A stretch of 64,000 bases of DNA from Gammaproteobacteria bacterium (GTDB lineage: Bacteria; Pseudomonadota; Gammaproteobacteria; Ga0077536), in NCBI GenBank assembly GCA_963662545.2, contig CAXXLL010000002.1, positions 2,080,001-2,144,000 of the forward strand. Direction: 5' to 3'. Both the position numbers and the translations under genes were made by a program. Below the pieces are notes generated by a model. The model was not told where the DNA came from, did no database searches, and saw nothing but the letters and a program-made list of their open reading frames with translations. Positions 32,445-45,774 of this stretch are shown here, piece by piece (position 1 is the first letter of the stretch; the number at the start of each line of letters is the position of its first letter).

Positions 32445-32542
32445 ATCTAACGTTGAGTTGAGCGGCGCTTGATAGTGGCCGACCGGAGCGGTAGCGCAGG
32501 GAAAGCCACTGTCAAGCGCCCGTCCCGAACGACTGGTTAGGC
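32445..32542 (-). mobile_element. integron attC site (family A)
   Basis: atctaac...gttaggc; arms ggcgcttgatagtggc / gccactgtcaagcgcc. Confidence 0.88.
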
Positions 32543-32546
32543 GTCA

Positions 32547-33047
32547 TCATATTCCTATTTCGGCGCGTCCAGCTGTTAGCTTTCCGGCAACTCCAACCCA
32601 GTGAATGCCGATAAGCCAAACAGCGAAACCGGCTACCTCCAATCGAGGCACTCGTTCAAACGTAGCGCCGACCTCTGACCACCAAAATCTAATGTTCGGT
32701 GCAATTCGACCAATTTTGAGTTTCTCCTCCCATATGTCATGGGCTAGTACCAGCTTCTTCCGATTAGGTTTGAAGCGCCAGACCCGATCATCAAAGTCAA
32801 TCGAAAACTCCAGCCGAGGCCCCGACGCTTGCCTTTTACAGCGCGCAACGTGGATCCCGTTTTGCTCCAGCATCCACGTGGCCTTACCATCGGAACGAAT
32901 AACATAGCGGTTCCCCTCGATCCAAAACTCGACATGTTTCCAGTCATCAAAACTAAGAACGCAGCACACCGCCCCGTTGTGCAAAAGCTCATAATCCTTC
33001 TCAAATAGTGCGAATGGACCGCCTGATTTTCTTAGCAGAAAATCCAT
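32547..33047 (-). CDS. hypothetical protein (cassette)
   Basis: 166-aa ORF bounded by attC sites. Confidence 0.78.
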   Translation of the reverse strand: MDFLLRKSGGPFALFEKDYELLHNGAVCCVLSFDDWKHVEFWIEGNRYVIRSDGKATWMLEQNGIHVARCKRQASGPRLEFSIDFDDRVWRFKPNRKKLVLAHDIWEEKLKIGRIAPNIRFWWSEVGATFERVPRLEVAGFAVWLIGIHWVGVAGKLTAGRAEIGI

Positions 33048-33066
33048 TTCAATGCTCTTTAATGAC

Positions 33067-33176
33067 GCCTAACGCTAGGATAACCTGCGTGTTACAGCGC
33101 GCTTATTTGGAGCGAAAATGCGAAGCCGGTTCAAAGAAGCGCGCTGTAACACGTCCGGTTGATCCATTGGTTAGGT
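33067..33176 (-). mobile_element. integron attC site (family B)
   Basis: gcctaac...gttaggt; arms cgtgttacagcgcgctt / aagcgcgctgtaacacg. Confidence 0.9.
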
Positions 33177-33635
33177 GGCTGTTTTCTCAAGGTGTTGGTC
33201 AACAAATTGCGTAAAGGCATCGCTGAATCTCCATTTCTGTGCCGACCACCACTTCCGTGCGCCAATGCCTTCGTACGTCTTTAGCGCGCTTTCACGGTAG
33301 CCCTCCCATTCTTGACGGGGAAACTTGCCGCTCGAAGCGGTATAAAACATATATTGAACGGATCGCGACCATGCCCACATGGCGATGTTGAATCTCGCGC
33401 GCTCTGCTTCGCTCAATTCCTCATCCGCGATACCCCTTTCCCACAGTAGCGGAAGATCTGGCTCCGCCATTAAAGAGCAGAGAAAATCTCTCGAAAGCTG
33501 TATAGAAAACGAGAAGTTCGCGTCGTTCTGCGCGGCCGTGTTTCGCCTTAGTTCTACGACGAGATATAGGAGGGAAATAACGACGCAGATTACGCCAGCC
33601 CCTTCTACCAATACGCCGATGGCTTCCCAATTCAT
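33171..33635 (-). CDS. hypothetical protein with N-terminal TM helix (cassette)
   Basis: MNWEAIGVLVEGAGVICVVISLLYLVVELRRNT; the TAA stop lies within the attC inverse core. Confidence 0.82.
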   Translation of the reverse strand: MNWEAIGVLVEGAGVICVVISLLYLVVELRRNTAAQNDANFSFSIQLSRDFLCSLMAEPDLPLLWERGIADEELSEAERARFNIAMWAWSRSVQYMFYTASSGKFPRQEWEGYRESALKTYEGIGARKWWSAQKWRFSDAFTQFVDQHLEKTAT

Positions 33636-33650
33636 CGATTTACTCTGGCC

Positions 33651-33790
33651 ACCTAACGCCAGGATAACCTGCGTGTTACAGCGCGCTTCTTTCGGGCGAG
33701 AATGGCAGCGACCTAAAGAAGCGCGCTGTAACACGTCAGCCGACCTAAAGAAGCGCGCTGTAACACGTCAGGTTGATCCGTTTGTTAGGT
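33651..33790 (-). mobile_element. integron attC site (family B) with an internal arm duplication
   Basis: acctaac...gttaggt; cgacctaaagaagcgcgctgtaacacgtcag at 33709-33739 and 33741-33771. Confidence 0.88.
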
Positions 33791-33798
33791 GAATGGTG

Positions 33799-35120
33799 GG
33801 TACGGACCGGGTAGATAGGTAACATTATAGTCAAGGTACATGGGTGACAGATCAATGGTATTAGGTTCCTCAAAGGAGGAGTCCGATGCCCTGGAGAGAA
33901 ACGTCACCAATGAACGAAAAAACGCAATTCATCGCAGACTATCTGCGCGACCTGTTGACAGTTACCGAGCTGTGCGAACATTACGGCATCAGTCGCAAGA
34001 CTGGCTACAAATGGATTGATCGGTATCTAAGCGAAGGTCCGGCGGGTTTAGAGGAACGCACACGGCGGCCTAGAACTTGCCCGCATAAAACGCCGGCGCG
34101 GCTCGAGCGCCTGATCATCGATGCGCGACAACGTCATCCGACTTGGGGCGCTCGTAAATTGCGGACGTTTCTATCGCGGAAGCACCCGCGAGAGCCGTGG
34201 CCAACACGGACAACCATTCATGACATCCTAATCCGTGAAGGATTCATCCGGACACCGCGGCGCTCACGCAAACTCGGGCATCCGGGAAAACCTGAAACCC
34301 GAATGAATGCACCCAACCAAACCTGGGGCGCCGACTTCAAAGGGCATTTCAAGACCGAAGACGGGCGGTATTGTTACCCGTTGACCGTCACCGATGGCTT
34401 TAGTCGATACCTCATCGGATGCCAGTCATTACTCACGACCGCCGTTGAACCATCGAAGGCGGTGTTCACCCGCTTATTCAAAGAATACGGACTGCCAGAA
34501 CGCATCCGTACCGACAACGGCGTCCCCTTCGCGACGAACACGCTCGGTCGATTATCAACGCTGTCTGCCTGGTGGATCAGGCTTGGTATTTATCCCGAGC
34601 TCATCGAACCCGGAAAGCCTCAACAAAATGGCCGACACGAACGGATGCACCGAACCTTAAAGGCGGAGACGACTCGACCTCCGGCCGGGGACTATCGCGC
34701 GCAACAGAAACGATTTAATCGGTTCCAGATTGAATTCAATGAAGAACGCCCTCATGAAGCGCTCGACATGTTCACACCTGCCGACTTCTACGAATTTTCT
34801 GCCAAAGAAATGCCTAGCAAAATCCCGCCGCTCGAATATCCTGACCGTTTCATCAAGCGCTTCGTCAGTGCCAACGGTGGCATCCGATGGCATTCCACCC
34901 ATGTGCCTGTCTCAATCGCGTGTGCCGGTGAGTACATAGGATTAGAGGAAATCGACTGTGGTGTTTGGAACGTCTATTTCGGAACGCTTAAGCTCGGCCG
35001 AATGATTGAAAAATACAATCGGATCGAAGATGCTTACGGCCGACTAAAACGACATTATCGATAACAAAAGTGTTACCCATCTACCTTGGCACTTTTGTTA
35101 CCTTTCTCCCGGTCCGCTCA
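33799..35120 (+). mobile_element. IS481 family insertion sequence
   Basis: Imperfect TIRs cggaccgggtagataggtaaca / tgttacctttctcccggtccg, plus a second subterminal repeat; no clear TSD. Confidence 0.85.
33886..35064 (+). CDS. IS481 family transposase
   Basis: MPWRETS, ISRKTGYKW HTH; DDE core ADFKG, RTDNG and NGRHERMHRTLK. Confidence 0.93.
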   Translation: MPWRETSPMNEKTQFIADYLRDLLTVTELCEHYGISRKTGYKWIDRYLSEGPAGLEERTRRPRTCPHKTPARLERLIIDARQRHPTWGARKLRTFLSRKHPREPWPTRTTIHDILIREGFIRTPRRSRKLGHPGKPETRMNAPNQTWGADFKGHFKTEDGRYCYPLTVTDGFSRYLIGCQSLLTTAVEPSKAVFTRLFKEYGLPERIRTDNGVPFATNTLGRLSTLSAWWIRLGIYPELIEPGKPQQNGRHERMHRTLKAETTRPPAGDYRAQQKRFNRFQIEFNEERPHEALDMFTPADFYEFSAKEMPSKIPPLEYPDRFIKRFVSANGGIRWHSTHVPVSIACAGEYIGLEEIDCGVWNVYFGTLKLGRMIEKYNRIEDAYGRLKRHYR

Positions 35121-35204
35121 TTGCATTTCAATTATTAGCTGAGATACTGTCGCCAAAGGTGGCCGTATTTTCGTCATAGCGGATACTTCCATTGCGCAGC
35201 CAAC

Positions 35205-36401
35205 TAAATATGTTCCAAAAACTCGATCAAATAAAAAGAACTCAGGTGACACTTCTTCGGCGGTGTTCCAAAAACTCGATCAAATAAAAAGAACTCAGGT
35301 GACATTCAGAGATAGGTTGTATCGAGCAATCTACGTTCCCGAAAGAGGTCACCTGAGTATGGATAGTTTAGTGTCATTGACGCGCTCACAGAAACGTCGC
35401 TTTAAGCGGTTGATTCAACGCAGCGATAACGGGCGGGTGGTTCGCCGCGCTCAAGTCCTGTTGCAGTTAGCTTCAGGCGTCTCACCGACGACCGTGTCAC
35501 GCAGTTTGTCGGTCGCGCGTTCAACGGTTTATCGATGGGTCACGCAATTCCAGACCGCGGGTGAAGCCTTTCTCGAGGCGTGCGGCTCGGGCCGGCGGGC
35601 GTATACGGTGGATGACACCCTGTTGGAGACGCTCGCCGAGTTAGTTGAGCAGCCGCCCAGTGATTATGGCTACCTGCGCAGTACGTGGACGAGCGAGATG
35701 CTGGCCGAGACGCTGAATTCGTTGCTGTCACGGCCCATTCACGCCTCTACGGTACGTCGCTGGCTAGTTAATTTGGGATTCGGCTGGCGTCGTGCTCGTC
35801 CGACCTTACATCTGCGCGACCCACGGGCAGCCACGCGCCTGAAAGCCATTCATCGTGCGTTGTCTCGAGCCCCATCGGGGCATGAAGTGTTTTACGCCGA
35901 TGAGGTCGATATCGACCTCAATCCCAAAATCGGTTTCCTTTGGTCTACTCAAGGTTGTCAACGTGCCATCCCCACGCCTGGGCAAAACCGGAAACGCTAT
36001 CTGGCGGGCGCGCTGCACGCACGAACCGGTCGCGTTGCGTATGTCGAGGGCACACGGAAAAACAGCGACCTATTCCTTTGCCTGCTCGACCACCTGCGGC
36101 AAACTTACCGCGCCGCGCGTCGAATTATCTTGATCGTGGATAACTACATCATCCACAAATGTCGCTTGGCACACGTCTGGCTAAAGCACAATCCGAAATT
36201 CCGATTGCTGTTCCAGCCGGCCTATCAGCCCTGGGTCAATGACATTGAGAAACTCTGGAAACAGTTGCACGACAATGTCACCCGGAATCATCGTTACTCG
36301 ACCATCGACCGTCTGATGGACGCAGTACGTGCCTTCATGCGTGCGGCAAGTCCATTCCCGGGAAACTGCCCGAGTGTCGCAAGATTTGGATCACCTATTT
36401 A
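35205..36401 (+). mobile_element. IS630 family insertion sequence
   Basis: Ends TAAATAtgttccaaa / tttggatcaccTATTTA; TA duplication in a CTAG target. Confidence 0.85.
35211..35304. repeat. 41-bp direct repeat at the IS630 left end
   Basis: tgttccaaaaactcgatcaaataaaaagaactcaggtgaca at 35211-35251 and 35264-35304, with a 12-bp spacer. Confidence 0.92.
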
Positions 36402-36402
36402 G
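35359..36402 (+). CDS. IS630 family transposase
   Basis: FYADEVDIDLNPKIG, IVDNYIIHK and PWVNDIEKLW motifs. Confidence 0.92.
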   Translation: MDSLVSLTRSQKRRFKRLIQRSDNGRVVRRAQVLLQLASGVSPTTVSRSLSVARSTVYRWVTQFQTAGEAFLEACGSGRRAYTVDDTLLETLAELVEQPPSDYGYLRSTWTSEMLAETLNSLLSRPIHASTVRRWLVNLGFGWRRARPTLHLRDPRAATRLKAIHRALSRAPSGHEVFYADEVDIDLNPKIGFLWSTQGCQRAIPTPGQNRKRYLAGALHARTGRVAYVEGTRKNSDLFLCLLDHLRQTYRAARRIILIVDNYIIHKCRLAHVWLKHNPKFRLLFQPAYQPWVNDIEKLWKQLHDNVTRNHRYSTIDRLMDAVRAFMRAASPFPGNCPSVARFGSPI

Positions 36403-36746
36403 ATATTGCGCCAATCAAATTATCAATCGTCGCCAACACACTGAATCCGGCGAGACAGAAAAGTACAAACATAATTGTGAGTCTAATTGAACTTGCGGAA
36501 TCAATCAGCCGTTCGATTGTTGCGAGTAATCCTAGAAGAACAATAGTAAGTAGTAGATGAAACAGGGCGCAGCGCGTTCGGTAACGTGATTTAGTTTCGC
36601 CGTGCTTCGGGCGTGGACCATAGGATTTATTCATCGTCTACCGTTGCCAGGCAAAGCCACCCGCAATTAGATACATTTAAATGGGCCCGATAGATCAAAC
36701 GCAAAAAGTCGGCCCTACGATAATCGAAAAAATCATTCCCCGATGC

Positions 36747-36790
36747 ACCTAACAGTTATATGGAAAGAACGAGTAATTAGTGTAATAGAC
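36747..36790 (-). mobile_element. attI-like recombination site
   Basis: Minus strand ...ccatataact-GTTAGGTGcat with no attC hairpin upstream; matches the inverse core (GTTAGGTGaat) of attC 33651-33790. Confidence 0.65.
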
Positions 36791-37062
36791 AGAATCCATT
36801 TTGTTGACTAATTAGGGATTCTGTAATGCTCCCGGCATTCCATTGAATCTTAGCGCATCATCCGCGACGATTTACGCGCCGAGGCAAACAATGCGATTCC
36901 GATCCATCGGTCTGGCTGACTGAAATAGGCAGAATATTTCAGCACTCGAAATCAGAGCTCGAACTTATTGTCGATGCTATACAGATCTAATTCGTAAATC
37001 AGAACAATGAAGAATTAGCCTAGCATGTTGCCATGGACCAAACCAAACCCGCCTCACCCGGT

Positions 37063-38763
37063 TCAGGCCGTCTTGGCTTCCTCCAAACCCAGCTCTTCCG
37101 CCATCTCGTCGCGCATCACGAATTTTTGAATCTTCCCCGTAACCGTCATCGGAAATTCGTCAACGAAACGGATATACGCAGGCACTTTGTAATGCGCGAT
37201 CTGCCCCTTGCAGAATTCCCGAATCTCGTCTTCGCTCGACGATTCCCCATCGCGTAATTTGATCCACGCGGCGACCGCCTCGCCTAAGCGATCGTCGGGC
37301 ACGCCAAACACTGCGACGTCCTGCACTTTGGGATGACGGTAAAGGTATTCCTCGATCTCGCGGGGGGATACGTTTTCTCCGCCGCGGATGATCATGTCTT
37401 TTACCCGGCCGACGATGTTGCAATAACCCTCGGCGTCGATCACCGCGAGATCGCCCGTGTGCATCCAGCCGGCGGGATCGATCGTGTCGGCGGTTTTCTC
37501 CGGTTCGTTCCAATAGCTGCGCATGACGCTGTAGCCGCGCGTGCACAGTTCACCGCGCTCGCCGCGCGGCACCACGCCGGCGTTCTCATCGATGATCTTG
37601 ACCTACACGTGGGGATGGATGCGCCCGACCGTGGAGACGCGTTTCTCCAGCGGGTCGTCGGTGCTGCTCTGGAAGCTGACCGGGCTCGTTTCCGTCATCC
37701 CGTAGGCAATCGTCACTTGTTCCATGTGCATTTCCAATTGCACCCGCTTCATCACTTCCACGGGGCAGGGCGCGCCCGCCATGATGCCGGTGCGCAGGGT
37801 CGAGAAATCGGTATTCTCGAACGCGGGGTGATCGAACTCGGCAATGAACATGGTCGGCACACCGTGGAGCGCCGTGCAGCGCTCGGCCTCGACCGCCGCC
37901 AGCACGTCGCCCGGCTCGAATCCTTCACCCGGAAACACCATTGCGGCGCCGTGCGTAGCGCAGGTCAGCACACCCATCACCATGCCGAAGCAGTGGTATA
38001 GGGGGACCGGGATGCACAGGCGGTCCTGCTCACTGAACTGCATGGCCTGGCCGACGAAGTAGGCATTGTTGACGATGTTCAAGTGCGTCAGGGTCGCGCC
38101 CTTGGGCGTGCCCGTCGTGCCGCTGGTGAATTGGATGTTGATGCAGTCGTCGGGATCGAGCGTCGGCTCGATATCATGGAGCTTGGTGCGATCACCGTCG
38201 TTCGCGCCAGCCGCCACGTCCTCGAAGCGCACTATGCCGGGAATGGTTTCGGACGCGGTGCAGATGACGCTACGCAGATGCGGGAAGCGTTGGGCTTTGA
38301 GCGCACCGGGTTTCGCCTGGTCGAGTTCGGGCGCGAGATCGCGCAGCATGCGGACGTAGTCGCTGGTCTTGAATTGATCAGCGATTACGATGGCCTTGCA
38401 TTCGACCTGGTTTAGCGCGAATTCGAGCTCCGCGACGCGGTAGGCGGGATTGATGTTGACCAGTATCAAGCCCGCCTTAGCCGTGGCAAATTGGGTCAAT
38501 ACCCATTCGATTCGGTTGGGCGACCAGATCCCGATCCGATCGCCCGGTTCGAGTCCGAGGGCCAGCAATCCCGCCGCGAGTTGGTCGGCGGCATCCCTGA
38601 GTTCGCGGTAGCTCATGCGCAGGTTCTGGTGGCGCACGATGACGGCGTCGCGATCGCCCCAGCGCGCGGCCGCCTGGTCCAGGACCTGTCCGACGGTCGA
38701 AAAGAGCAGGGGCTTGGTACTCGTACCGCAGACGTAGCTCAAGGGTTCACCACTCATTGGCAT
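37063..38763 (-). pseudogene. AMP-binding acyl-CoA synthetase with in-frame TAG at 37603-37605
   Basis: [12 protein letters not shown] and AYGMTETSP, then [29 protein letters not shown]...HTGDL...GKIQK in one frame. Confidence 0.85.
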
Positions 38764-38788
38764 GCCTCATTTGAATGCGTTGTTGTCG

Positions 38789-39091
38789 CTACCCTTCGAG
38801 CTTGCGGCGAACGCTGTCGACCTTGTCCGCCATGGTCTGCTCGCGATCGGTGCGCGTGCCGACCTTCAAAGTGGTGAACACGCGCGGCACGCCCATTTCG
38901 TGGACGCGTTCGTGGCATTGCTTGACGACGCGAAATACCGCATCCCAGTCCCCTTGAATCACGGTCCCGTAAGGGTGCAGTTCCGATTCCAATCCCGCCG
39001 CCTCGATCAGGCGTTCGCATTCGGCGATGTACTCGGATACCGACACGCCGACTCCCATCGGCACCACGCACAAATCCACCATGACATTCAT
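38789..39091 (-). CDS. MTH1187 family thiamine-binding protein
   Basis: VVPMGVGVSVSEYIA, HPYGTVIQG and RTDREQTM motifs. Confidence 0.85.
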   Translation of the reverse strand: MNVMVDLCVVPMGVGVSVSEYIAECERLIEAAGLESELHPYGTVIQGDWDAVFRVVKQCHERVHEMGVPRVFTTLKVGTRTDREQTMADKVDSVRRKLEG

Positions 39092-39109
39092 CGCAACACC
39101 TTGAGTTGA

Positions 39110-40509
39110 TCAGAAATCAAGATTCTTGGGGGTGCGCGGGAAGGGGATGACGTCGCGGATGTTCGACACCCCGGTCGCAAACATCAGAAACCGCTCGAAG
39201 CCGAGCCCGAAACCCACGTGCGGCGCGCTGCCGAAGCGCCGTGTGTCCAGGTACCACCAGTAATCGCGCTCCTCGAAGCCGAGTTCGCCGATGCGGGTTC
39301 TGAGTTTGCCCAGCCGCTCTTCACGTGCGCTGCCGCCGACCAGCTCGCCGATGTGGGGCACCAGGAGATCCATCGCCGCGACGGTCTCGTCGTCGTCGTT
39401 TTGCCGCATGTAAAACGCCTTGATGTCCTTCGGCCAATCATAGACGAAGACCGGGCCCTGGAAATGTTCTTCGGTCAGGAACCGCTCGTGCTCGGACTGC
39501 AGGTCCGCGCCCCAGTCGGGTTTGAATTCGAAGTCCTTACCCGATCCCTTGAGAATGTCGATGGCGTCAGCGTAGGGGAGGCGGGTGAATTCGCTCGAGA
39601 ACACTTGATCCAGACGCGCCTCCAAGGTCTTGTCGACGAAACGGCTGAACAGGCCGAGATCGTCGCGACAATCCTCGCGCACGAACCGGATCAACTCGCG
39701 CACCAAGTCCTCGGCGAGCTGCATGTCGTCGAAGATATCGGCGAAAGCGATCTCAGGCTCGATCATCCAGAACTCGGCCATGTGACGGCTGGTGTTGGAA
39801 TTCTCAGAGCGGAAAGTCGGTCCGAAAGTGTAGACCTTGGTCAGCGCGAGACAATAAGTCTCGACCGAGAGCTGCCCGGAAACCGTGAGGTGGGCTGCCT
39901 TGCCGAAGAAATCGTCTTCGACCTTAAGCCCGGCATTCGGGGGTGGCGCGCCGTAGGGGTCGAGCGCCGTTACCCGGAACATCTCGCCCGCGCCCTCGCA
40001 GTCCGAACCCGTGATGATCGGGGTATGCACATGGTGAAAGCCGCGATCCTGGAAGAACTGGTGAATCGCAAACGACAGCCGCGAGCGGATCCGCGCCATC
40101 GCGCCGTACTTGTTGGTGCGGGCGCGCAGGTGCGCGACGCCACGCAGGAACTCGTCACTGTGGCGTTTCTTCTGGAGCGGGAAATCCTCGCCGCAGTCGC
40201 CGACGATAGCTAAGCGCTTCGCCTTGAGCTCCCAGCGCTGTCCCTTGCCGGGCGATTCGACCAACTCCCCCTCGATGGCCAGGGCCGTCCCTGTAGCGAC
40301 GCGCTCGAGTTCGGCAAAGCCTTCGGTTTTCGGTTCTACGATGACCTGCAGGTTCGCGAGACAGCTGCCGTCGTTCAATTCGACGAAGGCGAAATCCTTG
40401 GACTCGCGCTTGGTCCGCACCCAGCCCGAGATCCGTGCTTGTGGGATCGGGTCTGTTGCGTCGATCAGATCCGCACACGGAGTACGTTGGTCGAACGGCA
40501 CGTGCTCCA

Positions 40510-40510
<1 letters not shown>
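39110..40510 (-). CDS. asnS: asparagine--tRNA ligase
   Basis: NDGSC, DCEGAGE, FGPTFRSENSNTSRH and GLGFER motifs. Confidence 0.95.
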
Positions 40511-44208
<3,698 letters not shown>

Positions 44209-44230
44209 CGGTATTCCGGGTAAATCAAGA

Positions 44231-44394
44231 CTGGGAGCCTGTATGGCAAAGCGAATCGTAGCGAGGCGAATGGGAAATCGAGGCCAGTTTTTCGATCATC
44301 TGAGACGAGCAATAGTGACTATTAAATGAAGATGATTGGGGTGAACCGATTTCCCGCCACCGCACTAGATTCCCTATGCCATAGCGGCTCCAAG
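44231..44394. mobile_element. MITE-like long imperfect hairpin
   Basis: ggagcctgtatggcaaagcgaatc / gattccctatgccatagcggctcc ends; inner gggaaatcg / cgatttccc; central core resembles element 47636-47869. Confidence 0.65.
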
Positions 44395-44433
44395 CCGATT
44401 ATTTTAAACCGAGACGACCGCCTCGGCACTTAG

Positions 44434-44595
44434 GGAACCTCTAAATAAGTCATGGCACATCTGCCTTGTCCATGAAATCGCGCAGCTCAGCGTTACGAAC
44501 CTTGCCCATAGTCCCCGCTATGGCCTGCGATTCGTGCCTTGATCTGCACAATTTCGTGAACAATTCAGACGCACCATGACTTATCCAGAGGTTCC
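44434..44595. mobile_element. MITE with about 30-bp TIRs
   Basis: ggaacctctaaataagtcatggcacatctg / cagacgcaccatgacttatccagaggttcc, flanked by TAG and TTA. Confidence 0.8.
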
Positions 44596-45717
44596 TTAGG
44601 CGGGGAGAAGCTCTTGGCGCGGCATCGGCTTGAGACGGATCTTGCGTCGATGCCACATCAAAAGGCCGAGCAGGATCAAGACGAAAACCAGGTGTATGGG
44701 CCATAAGCCGATGGTGGCGGACAGGATCTCCTTCTTCATGAGGGCGCGCCCGACGCCGAGCAGGTTGGTATAGGCGAAATAGCCGGACAAAGCTGTGATC
44801 AGTCCCAAATACCATCGCCCGCCGCGCATTGCTAGGCCCACCAGAAGCGCGAGCCCTGGACCCAGAAAAGTGCTGATCGGCAGGGCGAGGCGCCACTGGA
44901 GCTCGGTGGCGTACGGCGCGCCCTTGAGCCGCCACAATTCACTCGTCAAGAGAAAGCCAATGTGTGCACCAAACTGTGTCGGCTCGCGATTCTCGACGCG
45001 CAGCGCGTAGCGCGAAAAATCGGTGATCACGAAATTGAGCTGCCCCGGCGTACCCGCATAGCTGCGACCGTCTTCAAATACCGCGAAGCGATCGCCGGAT
45101 TTATCACGTAGTTCGATGAAAGCTCGTTTGGAACGCAACGATCCGCTGTCGTCACCGCTCTGGCTCCGCACGAAGGCGTTCTCGAGGTATTTTTCGTCTG
45201 CGGAAATGGATTCTGCGTAGAACACGCGCTTGCCGCCCGAAAGTTCCTTGAAACGGCCTGCCTTGACTCCGGCGATGGTGGCTTCGCTCTCGGACTGTTC
45301 CCTGAGTTCCTGCAGGGTCAACTCGGCGCGCGGACCGATAACAAACGTGATGGACGCGACCAGCAGAGAAGCCGCGCCTGCCAGCGCGAGGGCCGGGAAC
45401 AATAATTGCTGATGGGTCACGCCCGCGGCGCGCATCGCGACCCATTCGGACCCCTGTTGCAAGCGCGTGATTGCGGCGTAGGTGCCGAGGAAAAGTCCAA
45501 TGGGCACGATGTCCTTGAGCGATACCAGCATCTTCAGCATGATGATGCGGGTAATGTGCTGCGGTGCGACCTTGCCTTGGGCAGCTTCCCCGAGATGGGT
45601 GGCGAAGCGCGTACTGATATAGAGCACGAACAACCCGGCCACGATCATGGCGCTGATCTTCAGCGCTTCGAGAACGAAGTAGCGAGGCAGGATCATCGCT
45701 CTGCGACCGGCCTCCAA
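44596..45717 (-). CDS. lptF: LPS export permease LptF-like
   Basis: MILPRY, SEWVAMRAAG, GRFKE, ELQWRLALP and Y.NLL; 3+3 TM layout. Confidence 0.85.
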   Translation of the reverse strand: MEAGRRAMILPRYFVLEALKISAMIVAGLFVLYISTRFATHLGEAAQGKVAPQHITRIIMLKMLVSLKDIVPIGLFLGTYAAITRLQQGSEWVAMRAAGVTHQQLLFPALALAGAASLLVASITFVIGPRAELTLQELREQSESEATIAGVKAGRFKELSGGKRVFYAESISADEKYLENAFVRSQSGDDSGSLRSKRAFIELRDKSGDRFAVFEDGRSYAGTPGQLNFVITDFSRYALRVENREPTQFGAHIGFLLTSELWRLKGAPYATELQWRLALPISTFLGPGLALLVGLAMRGGRWYLGLITALSGYFAYTNLLGVGRALMKKEILSATIGLWPIHLVFVLILLGLLMWHRRKIRLKPMPRQELLPA

Positions 45718-45774
45718 CCTACGCGGGCGGGGGCCCGGCGTTCGGCGACTCGCCGTCTCGTGGCTGATTGCCGA

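Larger units (their letters stand above)
35128..36634 (-). pseudogene. first-cassette membrane protein split by IS630
   Basis: Removing the IS joins ...LIGAIS to SWLRNGSIRYDENTATFGDSISANN* in frame. Confidence 0.7.

Noticed and set aside
33067-33790. CRISPR array suggested by repeated gcgcgctgtaacacg units
   Set aside because: The repeats are inverted arms of attC sites separated by whole genes; there is no regular repeat-spacer period and no cas gene
37033-37257. ORF MDQTKPASP as an integron integrase
   Set aside because: No tyrosine-recombinase motifs; nearly all of it is antisense to the acyl-CoA synthetase 3' end
22660-37605. Genome-wide TAG recoding or pyrrolysine to explain the two in-frame ambers
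   Set aside because: They replace different expected residues (Trp and Glu), TAG ends conserved genes normally here (ligA, nadB, rseA), and no pyl genes are in the window
44209-44400. Cobalamin or SAH riboswitch upstream of metH
   Set aside because: No B12-box or SAH core recognised; the region is one long terminal-repeat hairpin related to the 47636 element. An Rfam scan would settle it
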